Part shown: positions 10,789-20,424 of the stretch, one piece after another | How the letters are laid out: every line of letters starts with the position of its first letter | How positions within the stretch are numbered: position 1 is the stretch's first letter | Origin: a bacterium | GTDB lineage: Bacteria; Krumholzibacteriota; Krumholzibacteriia; G020349025 | Direction: 5' to 3' | NCBI GenBank assembly: GCA_031362565.1 | Contig: JANLSU010000048.1 | Coordinates: forward strand, 8,696 to 72,695 | DNA: 64,000 nt | The notes under the pieces: generated by a model | What the model saw: only the letters and a program-made list of their open reading frames with translations | Databases searched by the model: none | What the model was told of the DNA's origin: nothing | Made by a program: the position numbers and the translations under genes

Positions 10789-11943
10789 GTGAAACGCATC
10801 CAGGTCGCGCTCTTGCTCCTCGGGCTCGGCGCCAGCGTCCAGACTGCCGACGCGATCCCGCGCTACACCGCGCGCTACGGCCAGGCTTGCACTCTCTGCC
10901 ATGTGAACCCAAGCGGCGGCGGCATGCGCAGCCTTTATGCCAGCCAGTACATCGTGCCCAAAGAACTGGCGATGAAGCGGCTTACCGACGAAGAGATCGC
11001 CAAGATCCAGCCGAAGGTGAGCGAGAGCATCACGCTCGGCGCCGACCTGCGAAGCGCGCACTTCCACTCCACCGCGGACCAGGTGGCGCGCAATTTCTTT
11101 TTGATGCAGGGCGATCTGTACGCGCAATTCTCGATCGACGAGCGCTACTCGGCCAATATCGATGTCGACCAGGAGGGCAGCGTCGAGATCTACGCTCTGG
11201 CCTGGGTCCTGCCGTGGAGCGGCTACGTGAAGGCCGGGCGCTTCACGCCGGTGTTCGGGTGGAAGTTTCCCGATCACAATCTGTTCAGCCGCGAGGAACT
11301 GAGTTTCGATCAGCCGTTCAACACCGATGCGGGAATCGAAATTGGCTTCTACCCGAAACACGTGTCGCTGTGGGCCTCGGTGCTGAACGGTGAACCGCCG
11401 GTCAACACCCGCTTCGATACCAACGACGACCTGGCCTATGTCGTGGGTGCGCTGTCGCAATTCAAAGTGCGGCAGTTCGGGATCGGATTGGGCGGCTCGT
11501 TCCTCTACAACCAGAAGGATCCGGGGCGGACGAGCGCCAGTGAAGGCGGCGGCCCGCCGGGCCGGCGCACCCAAGGCGGTCCTTTTGGTTCATTCACCTG
11601 GGGCCCCTGGAGCTGGCTTTGGGAAGTCGACGCGACGCGGCTTCTCATCCCCAACGTGCGGGTCAAGACCAAGCTCCTCACGACGCACGAACTGGCGTAC
11701 GAAGTGCGCCAGGGGGTCGACATCGTCGGCAACTACAACTGGGTCGATCGCAACGTCGACCTGGGGACCGGGACCAAGCAGCGCTTCGGGCTGGGTGTCG
11801 ACGTGACTCCGGTGCCGTTCGTGGAGTTGCAGGCGCAGTTGAACCGCTATGTTGCCACCGGGCACGACGCGGCCCAGGCCCTGCCCGACCTCTTCGAGCC
11901 CAGCTACTGGCGCTCGGAAGTTCAGATCCACCTCTTTTATTGA
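10789..11943 (+). CDS. Outer-membrane beta-barrel (porin-like) protein with N-terminal c-type heme motif
   Basis: GGAGG RBS and GTG start; signal peptide; AIPRYTARYGQACTLCH; amphipathic strands; C-terminal QIHLFY barrel signal. Confidence 0.75.
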   Translation: MKRIQVALLLLGLGASVQTADAIPRYTARYGQACTLCHVNPSGGGMRSLYASQYIVPKELAMKRLTDEEIAKIQPKVSESITLGADLRSAHFHSTADQVARNFFLMQGDLYAQFSIDERYSANIDVDQEGSVEIYALAWVLPWSGYVKAGRFTPVFGWKFPDHNLFSREELSFDQPFNTDAGIEIGFYPKHVSLWASVLNGEPPVNTRFDTNDDLAYVVGALSQFKVRQFGIGLGGSFLYNQKDPGRTSASEGGGPPGRRTQGGPFGSFTWGPWSWLWEVDATRLLIPNVRVKTKLLTTHELAYEVRQGVDIVGNYNWVDRNVDLGTGTKQRFGLGVDVTPVPFVELQAQLNRYVATGHDAAQALPDLFEPSYWRSEVQIHLFY

Positions 11944-12079
11944 CCGGGTCGGCAGCGCACCGGGGTGTCGTCTATACTGGTTTGGAACCCATGGCCCATG
12001 CCGATCCCCACGGGGCGGGCCCGCCGTTTGTTGCACCCCTATAGCGGCCCCGGCCCGGGCTGCGGTCCTCGAGGTCGTC

Positions 12080-12655
12080 ATGCTGTGTCGCGTTGCTTTG
12101 GCGTTCGCCGGCGTCGCGCTCGCCGCCTCGGCGTCCGCCACACCGTTCGTTCTCGTCCCCACCGCCAGCAAGGTGCAATTCGAATCCAAGGCGCCGATGG
12201 AGTCGTTCACGGGCAAGACGCAGAAGGTTTCTGGCGCCGTGGATCTGGATCCGGCGGCATTGGCCGACAGCATCCTGGTTTCGGTCGCCGTCGACATGGC
12301 GAGTTTGGAGACCGGCATGGCGCTGCGTGACCGGCACATGCGCGAGAATCACCTGCAGGTCGACAAGTTTCCCACCGGGACATTCGCCGGCGGCAATCTT
12401 GCGGACCTTTCTGCCACGTCGCTCACTTCGGGCGCGCCCGTCACCGGCACGATCACCGGGCAACTTACGCTGCACGGTGTGGAGCACCAGATTACGGCGC
12501 CGGTGGAACTGAGTTTGAAGGACGGCAGCCTGCATGTCGTGGCGCACTTCGCCGTCAAACTCGCCGACTATGCGATCCCGCGCCCGCAAATGCTGATGAT
12601 GAAGCTCGGAGAAACGCAAACTGTGACCGTCGACGTCACAGGGCGCACGCAGTAA
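12080..12655 (+). CDS. YceI-family periplasmic lipid/quinone-binding protein
   Basis: Signal peptide; SLETGMALRDRHMR and GQLTLHGV motifs. Confidence 0.9.
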   Translation: MLCRVALAFAGVALAASASATPFVLVPTASKVQFESKAPMESFTGKTQKVSGAVDLDPAALADSILVSVAVDMASLETGMALRDRHMRENHLQVDKFPTGTFAGGNLADLSATSLTSGAPVTGTITGQLTLHGVEHQITAPVELSLKDGSLHVVAHFAVKLADYAIPRPQMLMMKLGETQTVTVDVTGRTQ

Positions 12656-12675
12656 CGCCATTGGGGTTGAACTTC

Positions 12676-14151
12676 ATGATGCACGCCGCGTCGCCGCACC
12701 GGCTCCGCACCAGCCGCCTGACGGCTCGACTGGCGTTCGTGGGTGCCGGCGCCTTGCTCCTCAGTTGCGCCGATTTCGGCGACCCCTTCGTGCCGTCGGT
12801 CGCGACCGTGGCGGTGCGCACGACCAACCAAGTAGAGGCCGTGATTGGCGACGACGTCGTGCTTGCGGCCGACGTTCGCGACGCGGCCGGCCGGCCCATT
12901 GACGGTGCACAAGTGACGTGGCTGGCATCCGATCTCGGTGTGGTGCAAGTGCAACCGCAAGGTGCCACCGGGGCGCTCGTCAGCGCCCGCGCCGCGGGAA
13001 CGGCCACTGTCGTCGCGACCTGTCGCGGGGTGGAGAGCACGCCAATCGAAATCACCGTGCGCGTAGCCCTGATCCAGTCGATCACCATCACGTCGCCACC
13101 CAACGCGGTGACGATTCCCATCACTCGATCGGTGCAGTTTACAGCGCGTGTCGTCGATGAACGCGGCAACGTCGTGACGGGCGCCAGGGTTGTTTGGAGT
13201 GCGTCGGCTCCGGCCGTAGCCATCGACTCGACGGGATTTGCGACCGGCAGCGTCGAGGGCGCGGCCGACGTTACTGCGACACTCGGCACCGTGCACAGTG
13301 CGCCGGTGCATGTAGTGGTCCGCTTGCTCGCGACGTCGTCGGTGACGATCACGTCACCGGCCAGTCCGGCGACGATTCCGGTAACGCAGTCGGTGCAATT
13401 CGCGGCCACCGTTGTCGACGAGTTTGGCAACTTCGTCGACAACGCCACGATCGTGTGGAACTCGTCGAACGCCGCCGTGGCCATCGACACCCATGGACTC
13501 GCGACCGGCAGCGCCGAGGGCACCGCCGATGTCACCGCGACGAGTGGGAACGTGCAAAGCGTCCCGGTTCAGGTGGTGGTCCGGCCACTCGCGACCGGGT
13601 CGGTCGAAATCACGAGCCCAGCGAGCCCCGTCAGCCTTTTGACCAACCAGACCGTGCAGTTCGCCGCCACGGTCCGTAATGAACTCGGCGCCGTCATGGT
13701 CAACGCGCCGGTGGCGTGGAATGCTTCGAGTGCCGCGGTGTCGATCGGCCCGAACGGCCTGTTGCGCGCCATTGCCGGTGGCCCCGCAACCGTGACCGCG
13801 ACGAACGGCGGCGTGCAGTCGGCGCCGGTGACGGTGAACGTCACGGCCATCAGCTTCGCGACCGCGGTGCAGCCGATCTTCGACTCGTTCTGCGTGCGCT
13901 GCCACGGCTTCAACGGTAACCTGACCCTCTCGGACAACGCGTACGATCGCATCGTAAATGAGATCTCCGGGCAAAACCCGTCGCTCTTCCTCGTCAAACC
14001 CGGCGACCCGGACAACAGCTACATCTACTTGAAAATGTCCGGCTGCAGCGCCCGCGGCTGTGCCGGCGACCGCATGCCGCCCGGCAGCACAGTTGGACCG
14101 GCGGCGCTGCAAACCATGCGCGACTGGATTCTGGGCGGCGCGGCGCGCTGA
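12676..14151 (+). CDS. Lipoprotein with four Big_2-like Ig repeats and a C-terminal c-type cytochrome domain
   Basis: LLSC lipobox; repeated SVxITSP..TQSVQFxAxVxDExG..W; CVRCH...VKPGDPDNSY...RMPP. Start is uncertain (12661-12679). Confidence 0.8.
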   Translation: MMHAASPHRLRTSRLTARLAFVGAGALLLSCADFGDPFVPSVATVAVRTTNQVEAVIGDDVVLAADVRDAAGRPIDGAQVTWLASDLGVVQVQPQGATGALVSARAAGTATVVATCRGVESTPIEITVRVALIQSITITSPPNAVTIPITRSVQFTARVVDERGNVVTGARVVWSASAPAVAIDSTGFATGSVEGAADVTATLGTVHSAPVHVVVRLLATSSVTITSPASPATIPVTQSVQFAATVVDEFGNFVDNATIVWNSSNAAVAIDTHGLATGSAEGTADVTATSGNVQSVPVQVVVRPLATGSVEITSPASPVSLLTNQTVQFAATVRNELGAVMVNAPVAWNASSAAVSIGPNGLLRAIAGGPATVTATNGGVQSAPVTVNVTAISFATAVQPIFDSFCVRCHGFNGNLTLSDNAYDRIVNEISGQNPSLFLVKPGDPDNSYIYLKMSGCSARGCAGDRMPPGSTVGPAALQTMRDWILGGAAR

Positions 14152-14299
14152 ACCGCGCCGCCGCGCCGGCTCCTCGCGCCTTACATCCGGCGCGACAAGG
14201 CCGCCGGCCACGGCTATACTGGGTCGCTTCTTGAATCCGCGCCGAGGGCCAAGGCCCCCCAGGACCGCCCTCCTCTCACCTGCACGCCCGGAGGCTCCC

Positions 14300-17044
14300 A
14301 TGTCGTTCGCGTCACGCTGCGTTACACCAGTGGGACTCGCTCTCGCGCTCGCACTGCACGCCGTACCAGGGCATGCCGGCTACGTCAACTTCGAGAGCCA
14401 GCAGGTGCATCCGATCGCCTTGACGCCCGACGGCACGAAGTTGCTCGCGGTCAACACGCCGGACGGCAAACTCGCGGTTTTCAGCGTCAACGGCGGGAAT
14501 CCGAGCCTGCTCTTCGAAACCGCCGTCGGCATCGAGCCCGTGAGCGTCGCCGCCGAGAGCAATACCCGCGCCTGGGTCGTGAACCACGTTTCGGACACGG
14601 TCAGCTTGGTCGACTTGCTGAGCGGCAATGTCGTCGAGACGCTGGCCGTCGGCGACGAACCGGCCGATGTCGTCTTCGCCAACGGCAAAGCCTTCGTGTC
14701 GGTGTCGCAAGAGGACGCGGTCAAGATCTACTCGGTCGCGAATCCGGCCGCGCCGCCGGTCGTCGTGCCGATCTTCGGCAGCGATCCGCAAGCGCTCGCC
14801 CGCAATGCCGCCGGCACGCGCGTCTATGTCGCGGTCTTCGAAAGCGGCAATCAGACGACGATCGCCTCGGGAACCGATGTCGTCAGTCATGGTGGACTGC
14901 CGGCCCCGAACCCCAGCGGCCGGCCGAACGTCGGACTCGTCTTGAAATACGTCAACGGCCACTGGGTGGACGAAATCAACCGGAACTTCGACAACAGCCA
15001 TCCGTACACCCTTCCCGACCATGACGTCGCGATCCTGGATGCGACGGCCGGGGTGCCGGCTCCACAGTACGTGGACGGCTTGGGCACGCTGCTCTTCAAT
15101 CTCGCGGTGCATCCGGTCTCGGGCAAGCTCTACGTCACCAATACGGAAGCGCTGAATCAAATCCGCTTCGAGCCTGCTCTGCGCGGCCAGTTCCTGCGCA
15201 CCCGCGTTTCGATCGTCGACCCGAACGTGCCGGCGGTGCGTTCGCTCGTCGATCTCAATCCGCACATCAATTACGGAGTCACTCCGGGACCGCCCTCGGA
15301 GACCAGCCAGAGCCTGTCGCAACCGGGCGGGATCGCCTTCCAAGCGGCGGGTGGCGTCGGGTATGTCACGGCGCTCGGTTCCGCCAAGGTCGCGGTCCTC
15401 GACGATGCCGGCAACGTGACGTCGCGCATCGGCGTCGGCCAGGGCCCGAGCGGACTCGCGCTCGACGAGACCAATCACCGGCTCTACGTTCTCAACCGCT
15501 TCGAAGAAACGATCAGCATCGTCAACACCAATACCCGCGCTGTCGACCACGCGGTGTCCTTGGGATACGACCCGAGTCCGCTGACGGTCAAGAACGGCCG
15601 CCGCTTCTTGTACGACGGCCAATTGTCATCGGGGCACGGCGATCTGGCGTGCGCGTCGTGTCACGCGGGCGGCAATCTCGATGCGATCGCCTGGGACCTC
15701 GGAGATCCGAACGGCGCGTTCCAGCCGGCGCCGCCGAACCAATTGGATCCGCTGTTGCAAGGCTTCCATGCGATGAAGGGCCCGATGACGACGCAATCGC
15801 TGCGCGGCCTCGCCGGCACCCAACCCTTCCATTGGCGTGGCGATCGCGCCGACTTCGAGAATTTCAACGGTGCGTTCGTGTCACTCATGGGACGTGGGAC
15901 ACAGATTTCGGGCGCCGACATGCAAGCGTTCAAGGATTTCGTCTTTACGATCAAGTACCCGGCGAACCCCGGCCAGAACTTGGATCGCACCTTTCCGAAT
16001 CCCGCCAGCGGCCCGAGCCCCGAACGCGGCCGGCAGGCCTTCCTGAACAACATTCTCGATGGCCCGTTTCGCTGCGTGCAATGCCACGCGCTGCCAACAG
16101 GTACGAGCGGTCAATTGACCGACCGCCTGGCGTTGCAGGCGCCGCAGGACATGAAGATTCCGCAGTTGCGCAATCTCTACGAAAAAACCGGTTTGACGTT
16201 CACGGCGGGCGAAAAGAAGCGCGGCTTCGGCTTCATCCACGATGGTTCGGAGCCGACGCTGCTCGAATTCTTGCGGCTGCCGGTGTTCACTTTCCCGAGC
16301 GACGCCATGCGCCAAGACATCGAGGCTTTCCTGCTGACGTTCGACACCGGGACCGCGCCGGCAGTCGGCGTGCAGCGCACCGTGTATGCGAGCAATCGCA
16401 ACGATTTGGCCACCGTACAGTGGATCGAAACACTCATCGCGCAGGACCAAGCCGGCAACTGCGACTTGATCGTCAAGGGGCGCTTGAACGGCCAGGCACG
16501 CGGTTTCGTCTATGACGGCGCCGGAATGTTCCGCTCGGATCGCGCCTCCGAGCCGTTGATGGCCAAAGATTTCCTGCGCGCCTTCGCCGGCACCGGATCC
16601 GAACTCACGTACACCGGTGTGCCGCCGGGCTCGGGTACGCGCTCCGGCATCGACCGCGACGAAGACGGGTACCCGGACCGCACCGAGATCGATGCGGGTT
16701 CGGATCCGGCCGATCCGGCATCGACACCCACGCCCGTCGCCAACGGCCCGAACGGCAGCAGCAACGGCGATGCGACGCTGTTCGCCAGCTATCCCAATCC
16801 GGCCCGCGACACCGCGCGGCTGTCCTTCGAATTGGTGGCGCATACCAACGTGCGCTTGCGCATCTATGCCGCCGATGGCCGGCTCGTACGCGCCCTGTGG
16901 GATGGCGCCGCCGGTCCGGGCTTGGTGCGACTGACTTGGGACGGTACGAACGACGGCGGGCATCGCGCCGCTTCGGGGCGCTATTTCTACCGCCTCGACA
17001 CGCCGACGCATTCTTTCGCGCGGCCGTTGCTCCTCGTGCGTTGA
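14300..17044 (+). CDS. Secreted YVTN beta-propeller / di-heme cytochrome c (peroxidase-superfamily-like) protein with FlgD/T9SS-like C-terminal domain
   Basis: Signal peptide; YVTN repeats; CASCH and CVQCH; TQSLRG..PFHWRGDR; DRDEDGYPD; YPNP...WDGTNDGG..ASGRYFY tail. Confidence 0.85.
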   Translation: MSFASRCVTPVGLALALALHAVPGHAGYVNFESQQVHPIALTPDGTKLLAVNTPDGKLAVFSVNGGNPSLLFETAVGIEPVSVAAESNTRAWVVNHVSDTVSLVDLLSGNVVETLAVGDEPADVVFANGKAFVSVSQEDAVKIYSVANPAAPPVVVPIFGSDPQALARNAAGTRVYVAVFESGNQTTIASGTDVVSHGGLPAPNPSGRPNVGLVLKYVNGHWVDEINRNFDNSHPYTLPDHDVAILDATAGVPAPQYVDGLGTLLFNLAVHPVSGKLYVTNTEALNQIRFEPALRGQFLRTRVSIVDPNVPAVRSLVDLNPHINYGVTPGPPSETSQSLSQPGGIAFQAAGGVGYVTALGSAKVAVLDDAGNVTSRIGVGQGPSGLALDETNHRLYVLNRFEETISIVNTNTRAVDHAVSLGYDPSPLTVKNGRRFLYDGQLSSGHGDLACASCHAGGNLDAIAWDLGDPNGAFQPAPPNQLDPLLQGFHAMKGPMTTQSLRGLAGTQPFHWRGDRADFENFNGAFVSLMGRGTQISGADMQAFKDFVFTIKYPANPGQNLDRTFPNPASGPSPERGRQAFLNNILDGPFRCVQCHALPTGTSGQLTDRLALQAPQDMKIPQLRNLYEKTGLTFTAGEKKRGFGFIHDGSEPTLLEFLRLPVFTFPSDAMRQDIEAFLLTFDTGTAPAVGVQRTVYASNRNDLATVQWIETLIAQDQAGNCDLIVKGRLNGQARGFVYDGAGMFRSDRASEPLMAKDFLRAFAGTGSELTYTGVPPGSGTRSGIDRDEDGYPDRTEIDAGSDPADPASTPTPVANGPNGSSNGDATLFASYPNPARDTARLSFELVAHTNVRLRIYAADGRLVRALWDGAAGPGLVRLTWDGTNDGGHRAASGRYFYRLDTPTHSFARPLLLVR

Positions 17045-17256
17045 AGTGTCGAAACGCTCCAACGGCCGGTGCAGCTCACCGGCCGTTGGGACGCTTCCGA
17101 GCGCCGCATTGCGCCAAAGACCCCAGAGTCGCAGCCCCGTGCCCCCACTTCAGGCGCGAACTGTAAAGATTTCATGCTTCGAAACGCGAAATTCTCCGGC
17201 ACAACGTGGTACAATGAAGCCGTTGACGCCCCACGGCTCTAACCCCGGAAGATTTC

Positions 17257-17820
17257 ATGCGTGCCTTTCTCGGGCTCGCCGCCGCCATCGTGGCATGTGC
17301 TACGGTCGCGAGCGCCGAGTCGTCCATCTGCGGCGATTGCTACCTGGGCGTCTATGACGATCTCGCGATGACACGCGTGTCCGGCGTGGCGTCGTCCTTT
17401 CAGGTGAAGAGTCTCTACCTTGGGTTGCGTTTAGGGCCGGGCGTGAACATTACGGATATCGATTTCTTCGCGTCGTATCCGGCGGGATTCGAAGTGATCG
17501 ACGTCGAGTCCTATGTCCCGGGCGCGACCTACGAGACCGTGGGGCATGTGGCGCACGTCCACTGGCCGAGTTGCGTCGGTGGAAGCCTGGCGCTGTTCCG
17601 CGTCCGAGTGATCACCACCACCATGCCTCACAACGCGGTAGTGCAATTGCAAAGTGTGCTTGCAAAGCCCTGCGGCGGTGCGCCGGTTGAAGCATGGAGG
17701 ATCCCAGCGGGTTGCTACGTACTCAACCCCGGCAGCAGCCGGCCGCCGTGCGCCACTGCGGTCGAGGCGTCGACATGGTCCCTTGTGAAAGGCCTTTTCA
17801 GAACGCTTGATTCGCGCTAG
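17257..17820 (+). CDS. Secreted Cys-containing hypothetical protein with 'TWSLVKGLFR' tail
   Basis: Signal peptide; C-terminus TAVEASTWSLVKGLFR. Confidence 0.7.
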   Translation: MRAFLGLAAAIVACATVASAESSICGDCYLGVYDDLAMTRVSGVASSFQVKSLYLGLRLGPGVNITDIDFFASYPAGFEVIDVESYVPGATYETVGHVAHVHWPSCVGGSLALFRVRVITTTMPHNAVVQLQSVLAKPCGGAPVEAWRIPAGCYVLNPGSSRPPCATAVEASTWSLVKGLFRTLDSR

Positions 17821-17887
17821 AGTGTCGGACGTACGCACCCTGGAGTCCTTCCTCCATGGCGCTGGTGTTTTTTCCGGGTCGTCTTCG

Positions 17888-17903
17888 TGGCACGGGATTT
17901 GTT
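17888..17903 (+). promoter_or_regulatory. Possible sigma54 promoter
   Basis: TGGCACGGGATTTGTT has a perfect -24 element, but the -12 element is GT rather than GC. Confidence 0.35.
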
Positions 17904-17975
17904 CGTACGAATTTCGCACGCCACTCTTCGGCTCCGGCCACTTTTCAACGGCTGAATACGAGGCCAAGACCACTT

Positions 17976-19115
17976 ATGGCACTGGATACGATAGCCATCC
18001 AACGATTGTCCGCCGCGATCGCCGAAGCGATCGAGCAAGCAATAGCGCCGCTCACCGACGAGATCGAACAACTGCGCGCCGCGGTCCTCGACTTGCAGGA
18101 AGCCGCGGGACAACCCGCGTCACCGGCGGCGCCGCCACGGACCACGCCAACGCTAGAGATACGCGTTCCGGCGCCGCGCGCCGCGGCCACGATGCGGACT
18201 CGCGGCATCACCCATACACAGACCTGTCGCGTGCCGAGGTGTCCGGCACCGGTGCTCGCCAAGGAATTGTGCGAGACCCATTATCGCGCCATGCGGCGCG
18301 CCTCGTCGGCTGGCGAAAAATTCGACCCGCGTACGCAGCGCCCCGCCGGCGCGCGGCCGGTGTCGCGCGCGTGTGAGGAGCCCGGCTGCGACGACGCCCA
18401 CTACGCCCGCGGCCTGTGCCGGCGGCACTACATGACACTGCGCGCCCGGGAACGCGCTGCCGAGCGCGGCGGGCCCGCGCCGGTCACGGTCAGCCGGACG
18501 CGTGACACGGATGACGACCACGAATCGACGCGCCACGAGTTAGCGCCTTCGACACCGGCGCGCACCCCGGAATCGGTGCGGGCATTCGCCGCCGCGGAAT
18601 TCGCCCCGACCTTCGACCTCGCGGTGGGCGGCGTGCCCGATCACAGCATCGTCGCAATGCCAACGGCGGAAGTCGTGGCGCGCGTCGTATCGCAGTATCG
18701 CGGCGGTCTCGCCAAAGTTGCGGAAGTCCTCGGGCGTAATCGCCGCACGCTCATGGAAATGCTCGAGAAACTCAATCTCATGGAGCACGTGGTCACCGTG
18801 CGCGCGACGGAACGCAAGCGGATCCTCGCAGCACCGCTCCGCGAACGCTTGGCGGACCTCCTGTTCCGGGAGAAACTGCTCGACGATCTCGGCTGCCTCA
18901 AGGAAGTCGACGAGTCGGCACGCGGCGAAATCCAACTGCGCTGTGCCAAGCTCGCCAAGACGTGCTCGACGCAGGAAGAATTGTTTTCCAAGCTCGCGAT
19001 CGAGTGCGGACTCGAGGACGCCGGGATCAAACGGCTCGTCTGGCGCTATGACCTCCGCCGCCAGCTCCGCGGCCTGAAGTCGGCACGCCCGGCGCCGACC
19101 CGCGTGCACCCTTGA
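17976..19115 (+). CDS. Hypothetical DNA-binding protein: coiled coil, two Cys3His modules and a Fis-like HTH
   Basis: CRVPRC..LCETHY and CEEPGC..LCRRHY; GGLAKVAEVLGRNRRTLMEMLEKLNL. Confidence 0.65.
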   Translation: MALDTIAIQRLSAAIAEAIEQAIAPLTDEIEQLRAAVLDLQEAAGQPASPAAPPRTTPTLEIRVPAPRAAATMRTRGITHTQTCRVPRCPAPVLAKELCETHYRAMRRASSAGEKFDPRTQRPAGARPVSRACEEPGCDDAHYARGLCRRHYMTLRARERAAERGGPAPVTVSRTRDTDDDHESTRHELAPSTPARTPESVRAFAAAEFAPTFDLAVGGVPDHSIVAMPTAEVVARVVSQYRGGLAKVAEVLGRNRRTLMEMLEKLNLMEHVVTVRATERKRILAAPLRERLADLLFREKLLDDLGCLKEVDESARGEIQLRCAKLAKTCSTQEELFSKLAIECGLEDAGIKRLVWRYDLRRQLRGLKSARPAPTRVHP

Positions 19116-19156
19116 ACCGGCACGCCGTTTGTCGCGGCGTCGCCGCCGCCTGACCG

Positions 19157-20332
19157 GTGAACCGCCGAGACGGCAGCCACCGGCGGCGATTTGAAGTCGC
19201 GTGCGTGGCGGCCGCCTGCCTCGCATTCGGTGGCTGTGGCCGGTCGGGAAACTGGATCGCGCCACAGTGGGCCGCGGAACCGCGCGCCGCGGAACCCGCG
19301 CCGGACGAAATCGACACCCGCCTGTTGCTCATCGGCGATGCGGGCTTACCCGAAATCGACGCGGTTGAACCCGTCCTGCAGGCGTTGAGCGCCGAAGCCG
19401 CGACGCTCGCGGACCGCACTTGTATTGTCTTCCTCGGCGACAATGTGTATCCGCATGGCCTGCCGCCGGAAGCCGCCGGCGATCGAGCGCTGGCGGAGCG
19501 GCGCTTGAATGTGTCGCTGCAGGCAGCCGCCCGGTCCGGCGCGCGCGCCGTATTCGTGCCTGGCAATCACGACTACGCCCTCGACGGCTGGGTTGGGTGG
19601 GAGCGCGAACGCGCCTGGATCGAGTCGCGAAATCACCCCGGTGTGCAAGCGCGACCGCTCCACGGCGGCCCCGGGCCGGACGTTCTCGACCTCGGCGCTC
19701 AGGCGCGCCTGGTCTTCCTGGACTCGGAACGGTGGCTCCAAGGCGGCGTGGCTGGGGCCGACCCGCGCCAGACCGACCGCCGCATGACCGCCCAACTGGA
19801 CTCGGTGCTGGCGGCGGCGGGATCACGGCATGTCATCGTCATGGCCCACCATCCACGCGCCTCGCACGGCCCCCACGGCGGATTCTTCACGTGGCGCGAC
19901 CACCTCTTTCCGCTGACGGCAGCGGCCTCGTGGGCGTGGATTCCGCTGCCGGTCGTCGGTTCGCTGTACCCGCTCGCGCGCCGCCTCGGCATCACCCATC
20001 AGGATCTGTCGAGCGGCCGGTATCGCGCCCTGCGACGCGGCCTCGAGCAGGCATTCCTCCGCCACCCGCCGCTCGCTGCCGTGGGCGGCCACGAGCACAC
20101 GCTTCAAGTGCTTGAATCGCCCGGTGGAGGCTGGAATCTGGTGAGCGGCGCCGGGACGATTTCGCGCTCCGAAGCCGTCGGCCAGGGCGCCGATTCGCGC
20201 TTCACTTGCGGTTGTCCGGGATTCATGAAGCTCGATCTTCTGCGCGACGGACGCGTCCGGCTCGAAGTCATCGAGGTCGACGCTGTGGGGCGCGTCTCCC
20301 GGCCGCTCGCGCGCTGGCTCGCGGCGCCATGA
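19157..20332 (+). CDS. Calcineurin-like metallophosphoesterase (probable lipoprotein)
   Basis: IGDAG, LGDNVY, PGNHD, AHHP and GHEH motifs. Start is uncertain. Confidence 0.88.
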   Translation: MNRRDGSHRRRFEVACVAAACLAFGGCGRSGNWIAPQWAAEPRAAEPAPDEIDTRLLLIGDAGLPEIDAVEPVLQALSAEAATLADRTCIVFLGDNVYPHGLPPEAAGDRALAERRLNVSLQAAARSGARAVFVPGNHDYALDGWVGWERERAWIESRNHPGVQARPLHGGPGPDVLDLGAQARLVFLDSERWLQGGVAGADPRQTDRRMTAQLDSVLAAAGSRHVIVMAHHPRASHGPHGGFFTWRDHLFPLTAAASWAWIPLPVVGSLYPLARRLGITHQDLSSGRYRALRRGLEQAFLRHPPLAAVGGHEHTLQVLESPGGGWNLVSGAGTISRSEAVGQGADSRFTCGCPGFMKLDLLRDGRVRLEVIEVDAVGRVSRPLARWLAAP

Positions 20333-20424
20333 CGGTGCGCTGGTCGCGCGCCTCCCTGCTGGCGCCTGCCGCAGCAGCCCCGTAGACTGTCGGACAAGCG
20401 GCTCACTTCATCGGAGGCAGTGAC

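Noticed and set aside
13060..13860. DNA repeats as a mobile or CRISPR-like array
   Set aside because: They are in-frame coding repeats of Ig-like domains.
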